A stretch of 64,000 nt of DNA from Spirochaetota bacterium (GTDB lineage: Bacteria > Spirochaetota > UBA4802 > UBA5550). Where the stretch lies: assembly GCA_963664815.2 (NCBI GenBank), contig CAXXHB010000002.1:352001-416000 (forward strand), read 5' to 3'. The notes under the pieces are model-generated. The model was not told where the DNA came from. It saw only the letters and a list, made by a program, of their open reading frames with translations, and made no database searches. The translations under genes were made by a program, and so were the position numbers. Within the stretch, counting starts at the first letter, position 1; the number at the start of each line of letters is the position of its first letter. This document shows positions 50,853 through 61,698 of this stretch, piece after piece.

Positions 50853-53123
50853 ATGGATCTTCTAAAAAATCTTAATAATAACCAGAAAGAGGCAGTCCTG
50901 CATACTGAAGGGCCTTTACTTATACTTGCTGGGGCTGGTTCAGGAAAGACAAGAGTGATTACCCATAGAATTGCACATCTCATAGAAAATGGAGTGAAGC
51001 CTTATAATATTTTTGCAGTTACGTTTACAAATAAAGCAGCTGAAGAGATGAGAAACAGGGTAATGAGCATTGTTGGTTCACAAGGGAACAGCGTTTTTAT
51101 TAAAACTTTCCATTCAGCTGCTGTATACATACTTCGCAGATTCGGAGAGGATATTGGTTTAACAAGAAATTTTACTATATATGACCAGGGTGATCAGGAG
51201 GACATTATAAAAAGGATTCTTGCTGACCTGAAACTTGATTCCAAAAAGATCAAGCCTTCAATGATTTCTGCTAAAATTTCCGAGGTTAAGGATAAAGAAG
51301 ATTACCTTAAGGGTGAAGATGTGAATAAACTTCTACCCGATTATTTTTCTTTTAACTTCGGGGAAATATTCAGTCAGTATCAGCAGAGGATGACTGAAAA
51401 CAATGCTCTTGATTTTAATGACCTTCTTTGTAAAACAGTAGAACTTCTCCGAAAGTCATCTTCAGCTCAAAGTGAGATGCAACGTATGTGGCATTATTTC
51501 ATGATTGATGAGTATCAGGATACAAACTATTCGCAGTACCTGATAGCGAAATATCTTTCATCAGCTACAAAAAACATCTGTGTTGTAGGTGATGACGATC
51601 AATCAATATATTCATGGCGTGGAGCTGATATAAAGAATATATTGAATTTCGAAAAAGACAATGAAAACACAAAGGTAATAACACTGGAAGATAATTACCG
51701 ATCTACAAAGCAGATCCTCGACGCAGCGCATAATGTAATTCAGCATAATGAACAGAGAAAAGAAAAGAATATCAGGGCTTCTCGTGGTGATGGTGAATCT
51801 GTAACCTGGTGTAAAACAAATAATGAATACGGTGAAGGTGAATTTGTTATTAATACTATTGTTTCACTGAAGATAAAAGAAAATCTGCAAAATCGTGACT
51901 TTGCAATATTCTACAGAACAAATGCTCAGTCGAGAATATTTGAAGATTTTTTAAGGAGGGAAAAATTACCCTACAGGATAATCGGTGGGCAGAAGTTCTA
52001 TGAAAGAAAAGAGATAAAGGACATTCTGGCTTACCTCAAATTCCTTGTAAATCCACTTGATTCTGTATCTCTTTTCAGGATAATAAATACTCCAGCAAGG
52101 GGGATTGGTAAAGCTTCGCAGGACAGAATATCCGAGATTGCAAAAAATGAAGGGATATGTGAATGGAAAGTAATACAGGATGAGCTTATAACGGGACGCA
52201 TTCCTAAAGGGCTCGATGATTTCAGAAAAATAATTATCAGACTTATAAAGGAATTACCTGAAATCCCTGAAAATCTGAAACTCTCAGTGTTCATGAAAAA
52301 CCTTGTCGATACCACAGGTTATCGTGAATCACTTCGTGAAGAGAATACCCTGGAAAGCAATTCTCGTATAGACAACATAGATGAGCTTATTAACAGCATC
52401 TTTGATTATGAACAGTCAAATCCAGATGCCACACCTGAACAGTTTATTCAGGATATTGCTCTATATACTTCGGAACAGAATCCTGAAGAAAATGTTGATA
52501 AAAAAAATGACTGTGTAACTCTGATGACTGTACATAACGCTAAGGGTCTTGAATTTCCTGTTGTCTTTATGACCGGAATGGAAGAAAATACTTTTCCACA
52601 TAAGTTTTCAATTGATACTGATCATGGGATAGAAGAGGAGAGAAGACTATGCTACGTTGGCATAACAAGGGCTATGGACAGGATTTACATTACAAGTGCG
52701 GAATTGAGGAGGAGTTATATTGGACCGGAAAATAAGCTGCCCTCAAGATTTATTAATGAAATTCCATGGGAATTTATTAACAGAAAAGAATATATTTCAC
52801 AGGGATTTGGATGGAGCGGAGGTGGTTCACGGGAGAATTATAGTCAGGTTGAGACAAAACTGAATATGTCAGATAGAATGGATGTTCCGGACCGTGCTGT
52901 TATTAAAGAATCTTATATAAATCAATTGAATGAAAAAAAAGAGGATAGTGATGAAAGTGGATCAAAATTCAATATAAAAGAGAGTGTTATGCATCCCAAA
53001 TTTGGTGTTGGAAGAATTGTAGGAATTGAAGGTACAGGAGATAATATTAAGTTAACAATAAGCTTTGGTCTTACAAGAAAAGTTTTTATGGAAAAATATA
53101 CGCCACTTCAGAAGTTAAATTAA
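50853..53123 (+). CDS. pcrA: ATP-dependent DNA helicase PcrA/UvrD
   Basis: AGAGSGKT, TFTNKAA, DEYQDTN, GDDDQSIY, TVHNAKGLEF, EERRLCYVGITRA and a C-terminal Tudor-like HPKFG.G domain. Confidence 0.97.
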   Translation: MDLLKNLNNNQKEAVLHTEGPLLILAGAGSGKTRVITHRIAHLIENGVKPYNIFAVTFTNKAAEEMRNRVMSIVGSQGNSVFIKTFHSAAVYILRRFGEDIGLTRNFTIYDQGDQEDIIKRILADLKLDSKKIKPSMISAKISEVKDKEDYLKGEDVNKLLPDYFSFNFGEIFSQYQQRMTENNALDFNDLLCKTVELLRKSSSAQSEMQRMWHYFMIDEYQDTNYSQYLIAKYLSSATKNICVVGDDDQSIYSWRGADIKNILNFEKDNENTKVITLEDNYRSTKQILDAAHNVIQHNEQRKEKNIRASRGDGESVTWCKTNNEYGEGEFVINTIVSLKIKENLQNRDFAIFYRTNAQSRIFEDFLRREKLPYRIIGGQKFYERKEIKDILAYLKFLVNPLDSVSLFRIINTPARGIGKASQDRISEIAKNEGICEWKVIQDELITGRIPKGLDDFRKIIIRLIKELPEIPENLKLSVFMKNLVDTTGYRESLREENTLESNSRIDNIDELINSIFDYEQSNPDATPEQFIQDIALYTSEQNPEENVDKKNDCVTLMTVHNAKGLEFPVVFMTGMEENTFPHKFSIDTDHGIEEERRLCYVGITRAMDRIYITSAELRRSYIGPENKLPSRFINEIPWEFINRKEYISQGFGWSGGGSRENYSQVETKLNMSDRMDVPDRAVIKESYINQLNEKKEDSDESGSKFNIKESVMHPKFGVGRIVGIEGTGDNIKLTISFGLTRKVFMEKYTPLQKLN

Positions 53124-53179
53124 AGAAGCACATCTGAAAATACGATAAAGAAATAACTGATATATTAATGGCGGATATT

Positions 53180-53995
53180 ATGAATATTAAAAGTTTTTAT
53201 ATATTTCTTTTTTCAGTTATTTTCTTTTCATGTGGAACAGAAAAGGTAAAGATTTATGAAGTAAAGGCTGAAATCAGCAAATCTGAAGAAATTGTTAAAA
53301 AGGAAGATGAAGCGACAAGATTGGAAAAATTTTTTAAGAGGTCGGAACTTGATTCATCCAGAGCAGGCTTGATAATCGAAAAAAATAAGATTATTCAGCA
53401 TTTAACTCATCTTAGAAAAATGGACCGGGGAGGTAAAAAATATTATCTCCTGGAAAAAGATGATATTACTGAAATGATACGATCTGTAACAGCAGGTATA
53501 TATCTTGATTATATACTTATCAATCATAATGGCGATATTATTTATACAAGCAGGGAAAACGGATTATTTGGAACAAATGTAAACAGCGGATATGAAGAAA
53601 CTCCGCTGAAAAAATGTTTTATAAACAGATCCGGAGTTTATTTTGAAGATTTTTCTTTTATTTCATCTTCATCAAAAGTTTATTCATTATATATTGCAAC
53701 ACCGATTTATGTGGAAGGCAGCTTTCATGGCACACTTATACTACAGTTAGAAATGAAGAAATTAAGTGGTATACTTGAACCTGAGACAGAAATTTTCAGT
53801 CGGGACGGAATAATAAGAGTTACAAATTCAGAAGAAAGAATATTCATAAAATACTCGGGGTTTGAAAAAATCGATATGAATGAACTGAATAGAGATGGAG
53901 TCACTTATCTATATAGCGCTACAGATAAGCTAAAATTTTCAAAATTTAACTTCAAAGGAATTGACTGGATACTGGTAAACAAGGAAAAGATTTAG
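53180..53995 (+). CDS. Stand-alone Cache-like sensor lipoprotein
   Basis: Lipobox FFSC; YLDYILINHNGDIIYT...FGTNV..G.Y.ETPL...YFEDF...IATPI...GTLILQL resembles chemoreceptor dCache-type domains; no second TM segment. Confidence 0.65.
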   Translation: MNIKSFYIFLFSVIFFSCGTEKVKIYEVKAEISKSEEIVKKEDEATRLEKFFKRSELDSSRAGLIIEKNKIIQHLTHLRKMDRGGKKYYLLEKDDITEMIRSVTAGIYLDYILINHNGDIIYTSRENGLFGTNVNSGYEETPLKKCFINRSGVYFEDFSFISSSSKVYSLYIATPIYVEGSFHGTLILQLEMKKLSGILEPETEIFSRDGIIRVTNSEERIFIKYSGFEKIDMNELNRDGVTYLYSATDKLKFSKFNFKGIDWILVNKEKI

Positions 53996-54049
53996 TTATT
54001 AACCGGAATTTATTTTTTTATAAAAATTTCTGTAATGAAAGAGGTATTA

Positions 54050-55321
54050 TTAATTATTATCCTTCATCATCCCATTCTGAATATCTAAACTGATTTTACT
54101 GAAAAGATTCGGAAGATCATATTTTTTCTGCATCTGGTTTGAAATAATTTCAGAGATACTGATTAACATTTCATCGTTGAAATTTCTCTTTGAACTTATA
54201 AGAAGACCCTCGATCAATGCCGGGAGTATGGAAAGAGTTTCTGTCTCCTCAATTTTAATGTATTCGCGAACTCCCTTAGTCTTTAATATTGTAGGATCTC
54301 CAATATCTGTTGTAATACCTGAGATTACAAGTTGACCCACTCGGAGACTGTTTAAATAGTCATATGAAATTTTTTCATCCATTATCAGCAGAATATCGCA
54401 GTTATTGATTACATTTTCCAGTGTAGTCGCAAGGCCTTTTCTGTTTTCAAAAGACATCATTTGTCTTTCATTGCTGTCATGTCCGAGTACTTTCATGTAT
54501 CCTGATTTAACTAGAAGAGAAGTAAGCCTGATAGTACTGTTGTTAAGTCCGATAATTCCAACAGATGTATCATCAGGGATTATATTGTGGTTTGTTTTAA
54601 GTGTATTAATAACTGAAAGATAGTGAACAGGAATTTCGTCAAGTTCTCTGAAGATAAGAGGTTTTGAAACAGCATCAATTATATTTGTCAGAAGATAGTC
54701 ATCTTCGTCGTTGTTCATTATACGAAGGCAGCAGAAATTTTCTTCTATTCCTTTAACAGTTTTTATCATGTCCTCTATCGTGTTATATTTTATGACTAAA
54801 GGAAATGAGTTCTTTCCTGTGAACTTTCCTATCAGAACTGAATCTCTTTCTGAGTCAGCATAAAGATGATAATAATTGCTGTTGTTTCCGGAGTTTGTAT
54901 TTTTAATACCGCTGATAAGTGCGATGCTGTTAAAACTGGCGCAATAATTTTTTTCTAAACCGGCATCAATTTTTTCATGAATGAGTTTATTCGCACCGAT
55001 TAGTGCGGTCCAAATATCATTGATATTTTCAATTTCAATTTTACTTGAAATGGATAATACACCCCCTTTAATTTTGTTCTCAAGCGTGCTGGCGACAGAA
55101 ATATCCTGAAAGTATTCCCCATTTTTTTTTAAAGTGTCAACAAGGCGAATAAGATCTTTTTTGGAAGAATATACAACATCAATTATATAGACCTCCCATT
55201 TGCCATCGGATTCTGTTAGATTAATCATATTAATATCAATATTATGTTTATGTAATGTGGATATAAACTGGGGTAGAACAACTTTTTTCATTTTAATATT
55301 TACAGTGGCAATTAGTTTCAT
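54050..55321 (-). CDS. Degenerate ACT-domain malic-enzyme-like protein
   Basis: N-terminal ACT-like domain, then GGVLSISSK, NSIALIS, SVLIGKFTGKNSFPLVI...EDMIKTVKGI and a Rossmann IIGL strand. Catalytic motifs are absent. Confidence 0.65.
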   Translation of the reverse strand: MKLIATVNIKMKKVVLPQFISTLHKHNIDINMINLTESDGKWEVYIIDVVYSSKKDLIRLVDTLKKNGEYFQDISVASTLENKIKGGVLSISSKIEIENINDIWTALIGANKLIHEKIDAGLEKNYCASFNSIALISGIKNTNSGNNSNYYHLYADSERDSVLIGKFTGKNSFPLVIKYNTIEDMIKTVKGIEENFCCLRIMNNDEDDYLLTNIIDAVSKPLIFRELDEIPVHYLSVINTLKTNHNIIPDDTSVGIIGLNNSTIRLTSLLVKSGYMKVLGHDSNERQMMSFENRKGLATTLENVINNCDILLIMDEKISYDYLNSLRVGQLVISGITTDIGDPTILKTKGVREYIKIEETETLSILPALIEGLLISSKRNFNDEMLISISEIISNQMQKKYDLPNLFSKISLDIQNGMMKDNN

Positions 55322-55360
55322 AAAAAACCTTCCAGCCTGTTTATAATGAGAGATTTATAG

Positions 55361-55921
55361 TTACTGATCGGAATATTTTATGCCAAGCTTTCGGCATTTT
55401 TCTAATAATTCGGAGGATATTACATTTGTAATATCACAGTTTTTAAGCAGAATAGCTTCTGTTATGTTGAATGATGTGTTTATAGTATTATAAAAATGCG
55501 TTATTCCGGTGAGAACACTTGAAAAAATATCATTATAATCCGAACCTGCAGAGCAGAAAAAAAAACCTTTCTTTTCTTTAATGTTAAAACAGTTTCTTTT
55601 TTTCCCCTCCCACAGAAGTTGGCATCTGTCAATTATTGATTTTAATGGAGCAGGGAAAGATGAAAAATAGAGAGGGGATGATATTGAAATAAAATCAGCA
55701 TCGATTATGAGATTATAAATATGCGACATATCATCACCGAAAACACACTTAGGTTCTGAAATGCAGTTACCACATGCAGTACATGGTCTCACATCAGCTT
55801 CAAACGCGTTGATTATATCAATTTTAAATCCATTCTTCCGGAATGGATTTAAGAATTCATTATGCAGTTTTGTTGAAAAACTGTTTTTGCGCGGACTTCC
55901 TGTTATTGCAAGAAGATTCAA
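55361..55921 (-). CDS. Flavodoxin-like / iron-sulfur flavoprotein (FMN_red family)
   Basis: GSPRKNS, PCTACGNC....C..DDM and SPLYF...PAPLK.IIDR motifs. Confidence 0.9.
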   Translation of the reverse strand: MNLLAITGSPRKNSFSTKLHNEFLNPFRKNGFKIDIINAFEADVRPCTACGNCISEPKCVFGDDMSHIYNLIIDADFISISSPLYFSSFPAPLKSIIDRCQLLWEGKKRNCFNIKEKKGFFFCSAGSDYNDIFSSVLTGITHFYNTINTSFNITEAILLKNCDITNVISSELLEKCRKLGIKYSDQ

Positions 55922-55923
55922 AT

Positions 55924-56928
55924 TTAGTCTTCCTTTAACCTCGTGAAAATCATTCTTCCGGCGGTTGTCTGAAGTACTGAAGTAACAGTAACATCAACTT
56001 CCTCATTCATCCTGCGCCTTCCATTTTCCACTACTACCATTGTTCCGTCGTCCAGATATCCTATGGCCTGATTGGAATCTTTACCTTCTTTTACAAGAAG
56101 TACTCTCATTTCTTCACCTGGAAGTACAATTGGTTTTAACGAGTTTGAGAGAAGATTGATGTTAAGAACATCAACACCATGAAATTCTGCAACTTTGTTG
56201 AGGTTGAAATCGTTTGTAATAACTTTAGCTTTCATAACTTTTGCAAGTTGAACAAGTTTAGAATCTACTTCCGGAATATCCTTAAAATCCATATCGGATA
56301 TTTTTACCATAATTGACTGATCTTTCTGCATTTTGTTGAGAATATCAAGCCCTCTTCTGCCGCGGTTTCGTTTAATGGAATCAGCAGAGTCTGCAATCAT
56401 TTGAAGTTCATTCAGAACAAAATTAGGAATTACAAGAATACCTTCAAGGAAGCCTGTATCGCAGATATCTGCAATTCTGCCATCAATAATGACACTTGTA
56501 TCAAGAATTTTATACGGAATCTGAACGTCAGAATCCTTAATGCCGGGAGCAATAATTTTGTCCAGGAAGCTGATATCTTCATGATTTATCACGAAAAACA
56601 TCATAATAGCAAAACCGGAAATATGGTAAAGCAGAGGTTTAATTATTCCTGAATATTTTCTGATAATTTCCATATCCAGAGAATTTATTCCGTTTACAAA
56701 AAGATTTGCTATAACCAGACCGACAAGAAGGCCTGCTATAGCAGATAACAGCTGTCGTGACTGAAAACTATGAGAAACTGTTTCAATAATAATAATAATG
56801 CCAAGAGCGATGAACCCGGCAATTCCTCCGGAGAGTAATATAGCAGTAATGGAATGTGCTGAATAAAAGAGAGTTGTAAAAAGGATAGAAGTAATTATAA
56901 AAAGAGTTCTGAATAGTATTATTAACAT
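55924..56928 (-). CDS. Membrane PIN/TRAM domain protein (YacL family)
   Basis: TM helices, [37 protein letters not shown] and QTTAGRMIF. Confidence 0.95.
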   Translation of the reverse strand: MLIILFRTLFIITSILFTTLFYSAHSITAILLSGGIAGFIALGIIIIIETVSHSFQSRQLLSAIAGLLVGLVIANLFVNGINSLDMEIIRKYSGIIKPLLYHISGFAIMMFFVINHEDISFLDKIIAPGIKDSDVQIPYKILDTSVIIDGRIADICDTGFLEGILVIPNFVLNELQMIADSADSIKRNRGRRGLDILNKMQKDQSIMVKISDMDFKDIPEVDSKLVQLAKVMKAKVITNDFNLNKVAEFHGVDVLNINLLSNSLKPIVLPGEEMRVLLVKEGKDSNQAIGYLDDGTMVVVENGRRRMNEEVDVTVTSVLQTTAGRMIFTRLKED

Positions 56929-57089
56929 AATGCTGCTCCTGATTAAAACGATAATAAGTATTATAATATAAAGTATGAATCAAAAAGAATTAATTTGTTT
57001 AACAAAATACGGAAATGAACCGGTAAAACAGGAGCATAGTTAAAATACAAACTCAATCCGCAACCGGTTTTAAATTGACGGTTAGAGGG

Positions 57090-57587
57090 TTATTCTTCTT
57101 CTTCAAAACTGGAAGAAAGGGCTTCAGAAACTATGTTACCGGCTTCGTCAATAGCAATATTTTTTGACATTGCTACTTCATAAGTAATCAGTTGATAGGC
57201 GTTTTCATAAAGTTTCCTTTCCATAATAGAAAGTTCCTTTTCATTACCTCTTTTAAAAAGATCCCTGGCAACTTCTGCTACTTCATATATGGAACCACTT
57301 TTTACTTTATCAATATTATTCTGGTATCTTAGCTTCCAGTCTTCTTCTATAGCTTCAGCTTCGGTTGCGAGTATTGTCATGACTTTTTTAATATCTTTTT
57401 TGGGAATAATACTCCTTATTCCTATTTCTTTCGCGTTATTGACAGGTATCATAACTTTCATACCGTTGCTGATGATTGTAATCATATAGTATTCATTTCT
57501 TTTTCCGAGAACAACTTTTTTTTCAATTCCTTCAATTTCGCCCACACCATGCATGGGATATACGATTTTATCACCAACCTTAAACAT
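57090..57587 (-). CDS. carD: CarD/CdnL transcription factor
   Basis: FKVGDKIVYPMHGVG and the conserved Trp in W..RY..N..K. Confidence 0.95.
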   Translation of the reverse strand: MFKVGDKIVYPMHGVGEIEGIEKKVVLGKRNEYYMITIISNGMKVMIPVNNAKEIGIRSIIPKKDIKKVMTILATEAEAIEEDWKLRYQNNIDKVKSGSIYEVAEVARDLFKRGNEKELSIMERKLYENAYQLITYEVAMSKNIAIDEAGNIVSEALSSSFEEEE

Positions 57588-57698
57588 TCTGGAACTCCTG
57601 TTTTATTTCTGATTAGAAGTAAGAAATAATGATTTAATTACATAATCGGAATATAATGTACACAAAATTAGAAGAAATGTCAATAAATGAATTTCTCT

Positions 57699-60086
57699 CT
57701 ATTCTGTCAATCCTTCTTTTTCCATATACCTTTCAAGAACTGATTTCATTTCATAGTGATTACCATCACATACCTTATCCGGACCACTTCCCTTGAGTCC
57801 AATTCCACCAGAGATTTTTTTACAATTAGGACCTGGAATCAAGCCTGTATACCAGCAAACACCCTTACCTTCCACGCCATCAGGTCTTGCTGGAAAGACA
57901 GGATCCGGCATACCGTTATAAACTTCTTTCATATAGTATCCCCATATGGGAGCGGAAAGCCCTGCTCCGGCCTGGCCTTTACCAAGAGTCATAAATGATT
58001 TATCGTAACCGAACCAGACAACAGCTGCAATATCGGGAGTGTAACCGCAGAACCATGCATCAGTCCAGTTCTGAGTAGTTCCGGTTTTACCTGCCCCGGC
58101 TTTTGTATATCCTGCCTGATTTCTTATTGAAAAAGAGGGTGTTCCAAAATTTACTACTCCCTGCATAAGCTCTGTCATAATATAAGCAACGGTTTCAGGT
58201 ATAATCTGAATTGTCCCTTCAATTTCTTTAGCTGCTATAATATTTCCGACCTCTTCTTCAATATTAACAAGTTCATTTCCATCTCTGTCTATTACATAAC
58301 GAATTGCAAATGGGATTACATCTCGTCCCCTGTTTGCGTATATTGAATAACCTGTTGCAAGTTCAAGAGGAGTAACATCTACTGTTCCAAGTGCAAGCGC
58401 AGGACCTGGGGTAAATCTGGTTTCAGGAATTTTCAGCATCTTTGAAGCATAATCAATAACCCCATCAGCTCCGACAAGGTCAAAAATTCTGATTGAAATG
58501 ATATTAATCGATTGAGCGAGAGCGTGCTGTATAGTAACCATCCCGGAAAAATCACCCTCATAGTTGTCAGGGGACCATGTTGTGCCGGTTGCATCGACAT
58601 CAATAATAGGTACATCGGGAAGGACTGTGGCGGTACTTATCCGTTTATTATAAATTGCAGACCCGTAAACAAATGGTTTAAATGCGGAACCGGGTTGGCG
58701 TCTTGCCTGGACAGCCCGGTTGTATTGATTAGAGACTTCAAACTCGGATCCGCCAACCATACTGGTAATATATCCGGTTGGAGGTTCTATTGCAATAAAT
58801 GCGCCTTCAACTTTCATCGAAGAAGAGATACCGGAAATCTGTGTTCGGAACGCTTCAATTACATTGTAGTTTTTAGGGGAGTCTGATAAAAGCGTTAATA
58901 TCTCCATTGAATCTATAAGATTATCGACTATATTTTTTTTAAATTGAGTATCAAGATCATTTAAAATTACAACAGAAGGAAGATTGAAAATCATTCGGAG
59001 TGTATTGTATGCTCCGAATAAACTTCTATCAACTGCACTTTCATAGTAGGAGTTCATTCGGCTGGAAATTTTGTCCTGTTCTATAAGTCCGTCACTCATA
59101 TATTTCTGGGCAATTTTCTGTCTTTTAAGATTAAGAGTTGTATATACTGTAAGTCCTTCATTATACATAGTATCTTTTCCAAAACGGGCATCCAGGATCT
59201 GACGTACATAATCTGTAAAATATGGTGCATTGTCTTCATCCTTAGACATGGCTGTTTTAGTGGGAAACTCTGTCCGGAGAGACTCTATAAATCCAGGCCA
59301 GAAAGCTTCAAATATTTCATCAGAACGTTTTTGAGTAAGAAATCCGGCGCTTACCATTCTGTTAAGAGTGTCTCTGTTTTTCATTGCAGCTTCACGGGGA
59401 AATTTAAACGGAGAAAAACCTGTAGGTTTAGATGGAAGTGCGGAAAGCACACTGCCTTCGATAAGAGACATATGTTTAACTTCTTTATTGAAAAAAAAGT
59501 TTGAAGCGGTAGCAATTCCATGACAGCCATGACCCAGATAAATCTGATTGAAATACATTTCCAGAATTTCCTCTTTGGAAAATTTCTTTTCAATCTGAAG
59601 TGCAAGAACAGCTTCCAGTGCCTTTCGTGCAAATGTTCTCTCACTTTCAGTAAAAAGCTGTTTTGCAAGTTGTTGCGTGATTGTAGATCCCCCCTGTACT
59701 ATTGTGGGTCTGAGAGCCTTTATTGAAGCTATAGTATTTTTACCCATAGCCCGTATTATGGCCATAGGATTTATTCCGAAATGTTCATAAAAGTCTTTAT
59801 CTTCCTGTGCAATAAACGCGTTTATCAGTGTATGTGGAAGCTCATTAAAAGAAACAAGATCTCTTTTCTCCTGATATAACTCGGAAATGAGTTCTCCGTT
59901 GACATCATATAATCTTGTTGGGATGCTTGGCTGAAATTTTTTTAGATTATGAATGCCGGAATAATTTTTTATTTCAGCAGTTATAAAACCGAAAATAATT
60001 CCTCCGGTAATGGAACAGAATGCAACCAGAATAAGAGCAATTCTTTCAAGTTTTAAAATTTTTTGTTTAATGTCCATAATTTCCAT
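57699..60086 (-). CDS. mrcA: Penicillin-binding protein 1A (transglycosylase/transpeptidase)
   Basis: EDKDFYEH and QGGSTITQQLAK; SAFK, SIN and KTGT motifs. Confidence 0.93.
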   Translation of the reverse strand: MEIMDIKQKILKLERIALILVAFCSITGGIIFGFITAEIKNYSGIHNLKKFQPSIPTRLYDVNGELISELYQEKRDLVSFNELPHTLINAFIAQEDKDFYEHFGINPMAIIRAMGKNTIASIKALRPTIVQGGSTITQQLAKQLFTESERTFARKALEAVLALQIEKKFSKEEILEMYFNQIYLGHGCHGIATASNFFFNKEVKHMSLIEGSVLSALPSKPTGFSPFKFPREAAMKNRDTLNRMVSAGFLTQKRSDEIFEAFWPGFIESLRTEFPTKTAMSKDEDNAPYFTDYVRQILDARFGKDTMYNEGLTVYTTLNLKRQKIAQKYMSDGLIEQDKISSRMNSYYESAVDRSLFGAYNTLRMIFNLPSVVILNDLDTQFKKNIVDNLIDSMEILTLLSDSPKNYNVIEAFRTQISGISSSMKVEGAFIAIEPPTGYITSMVGGSEFEVSNQYNRAVQARRQPGSAFKPFVYGSAIYNKRISTATVLPDVPIIDVDATGTTWSPDNYEGDFSGMVTIQHALAQSINIISIRIFDLVGADGVIDYASKMLKIPETRFTPGPALALGTVDVTPLELATGYSIYANRGRDVIPFAIRYVIDRDGNELVNIEEEVGNIIAAKEIEGTIQIIPETVAYIMTELMQGVVNFGTPSFSIRNQAGYTKAGAGKTGTTQNWTDAWFCGYTPDIAAVVWFGYDKSFMTLGKGQAGAGLSAPIWGYYMKEVYNGMPDPVFPARPDGVEGKGVCWYTGLIPGPNCKKISGGIGLKGSGPDKVCDGNHYEMKSVLERYMEKEGLTE

Positions 60087-60142
60087 GCGGTTTATAAAAG
60101 ATGATTACAGTAATTGCTAAAATAAAAACGAGAGCGCATTAA

Positions 60143-60349
60143 TCAACCATTATTTTTATATGACTGGTATATGAATTTTCCGAGAAGATAGAGAGCAAAA
60201 ATTATTGCACCCCACATAATTATTTTTATAAAAAGAAAGAGTATAAAACCTATTACTTTTAATATCATGGGTAGTATAAACTTAAATACAATATAAATGA
60301 TAAAAATTATTAACAGGAATTTCATAATAGTTTTGGTAAAATCGTTCAT
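60143..60349 (-). CDS. Small membrane protein
   Basis: GGAG before ATG 60349; 68 aa, almost entirely hydrophobic. Confidence 0.55.
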   Translation of the reverse strand: MNDFTKTIMKFLLIIFIIYIVFKFILPMILKVIGFILFLFIKIIMWGAIIFALYLLGKFIYQSYKNNG

Positions 60350-60625
60350 AAAAAACTCCAATTGGTGAATATTATTTATCAATCCTGAAACATGAATAAT
60401 TTCAACAATAAAATGTCGTGCTCGCCACTAAAAAGCATCTTTTTCAATTTGAAGTGACATAACGAATAACAGCGATAGTAATATATATATTATATTAATT
60501 TCGATAAAAAATAAAAAAAATGTTGTCGAGATTAAAAGGATTATTTAATATTAACATAAATTGTGATATTATATTTTAAGTATGGATGCTTAAAATCTGT
60601 TATCTTTATTTAGGAGATAAAACTT

Positions 60626-61432
60626 ATGAATTATTACGAAAGATTTTTTTTAGTTCTAATATCCTTTATTATGGCTTTCAGTCTCTCGGCTTCGTCACAG
60701 GAATTGAAAGAGCTTGATCCAAAAGGAAGTGATAAGCTTAATGAAAATTTTAATCAGGCTGAAAAACCGGATGATTCTTATCTTGCACAATTTCATGCAC
60801 AGGATGTGGTATCAAAATTATCAACAAAGAATCTTGAGCAGATTTATCTACTTAATGTTGTTGTAGCAAATTTTGATAAGGGCTGGAAGGGCGATTATGA
60901 TAAAATTTATGAAGAGTATAAAAGGGCAGTAGAACTTTTTTACAAAAGAGATATGATATTTGCAAGAGTATGGTTTGAGAGAAATCAGAAATCAATATCC
61001 GATCTTTTAAAAAAAATGACAGAACAATATAATAAAGATACACAACTTATACTTGATGATTGTCATAAACAGATAGTTTCTCTTCATTTAAATCAGAAAA
61101 CAAGGTCTGATCCTAACAAATTTAAAGAATTGTTAGAGAATCAGATGAGATTAAAAATTGCATATGGTCAGATGGATGATGCAGAAAATGAATATACTGC
61201 AAAAAACTATGAACAGTCTCTTTATCACTACAGAGTTGCTAAGGCGTATGGTATAAGAATACTTGAAGCTGTTGCTTATGCTGATGAGAGCGATGGAAAG
61301 AATGATGGATTAAAAGTTAAAGATATTAAAGAAAAATACAAGAAAGATAAAGCTGATAACAGAAACAGGATTTATGAAGATGTAAAAAAGGGTGAACAAA
61401 AAGCTGGCGAAACAACAACAAATCCTTCGTAA
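60626..61432 (+). CDS. Secreted all-helical hypothetical protein
   Basis: AGGAG RBS, signal peptide and own terminator; no family assigned with confidence. Confidence 0.75.
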   Translation: MNYYERFFLVLISFIMAFSLSASSQELKELDPKGSDKLNENFNQAEKPDDSYLAQFHAQDVVSKLSTKNLEQIYLLNVVVANFDKGWKGDYDKIYEEYKRAVELFYKRDMIFARVWFERNQKSISDLLKKMTEQYNKDTQLILDDCHKQIVSLHLNQKTRSDPNKFKELLENQMRLKIAYGQMDDAENEYTAKNYEQSLYHYRVAKAYGIRILEAVAYADESDGKNDGLKVKDIKEKYKKDKADNRNRIYEDVKKGEQKAGETTTNPS

Positions 61433-61452
61433 ATAATTGTTAAGATGTTTTT

Positions 61453-61496
61453 ATAAAATAAGAAAGGGGGTTAAAGACCTCCTTTTTTTATTTTAT
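61453..61496 (+). terminator. Intrinsic terminator
   Basis: AAGAAAGGGGGT...ACCTCCTTTTTTT with extended AT pairing. Confidence 0.7.
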
Positions 61497-61698
61497 TTTA
61501 TTTTATAAACAAACAAATAAATTTAAAATACTGTATTTTTTTGTATTTATTTCTTAACTGTTTTTAGATAAAGCATATTTTCATTTATCTACTTCGATAA
61601 ACATAAGGGAAAGATCTTTCTATCTTAAGGAATGTTATATAAAATTGTTAAGTTTATAACATAAATTAATTACAACCAATTCAAAGGAAGACAGGAAA

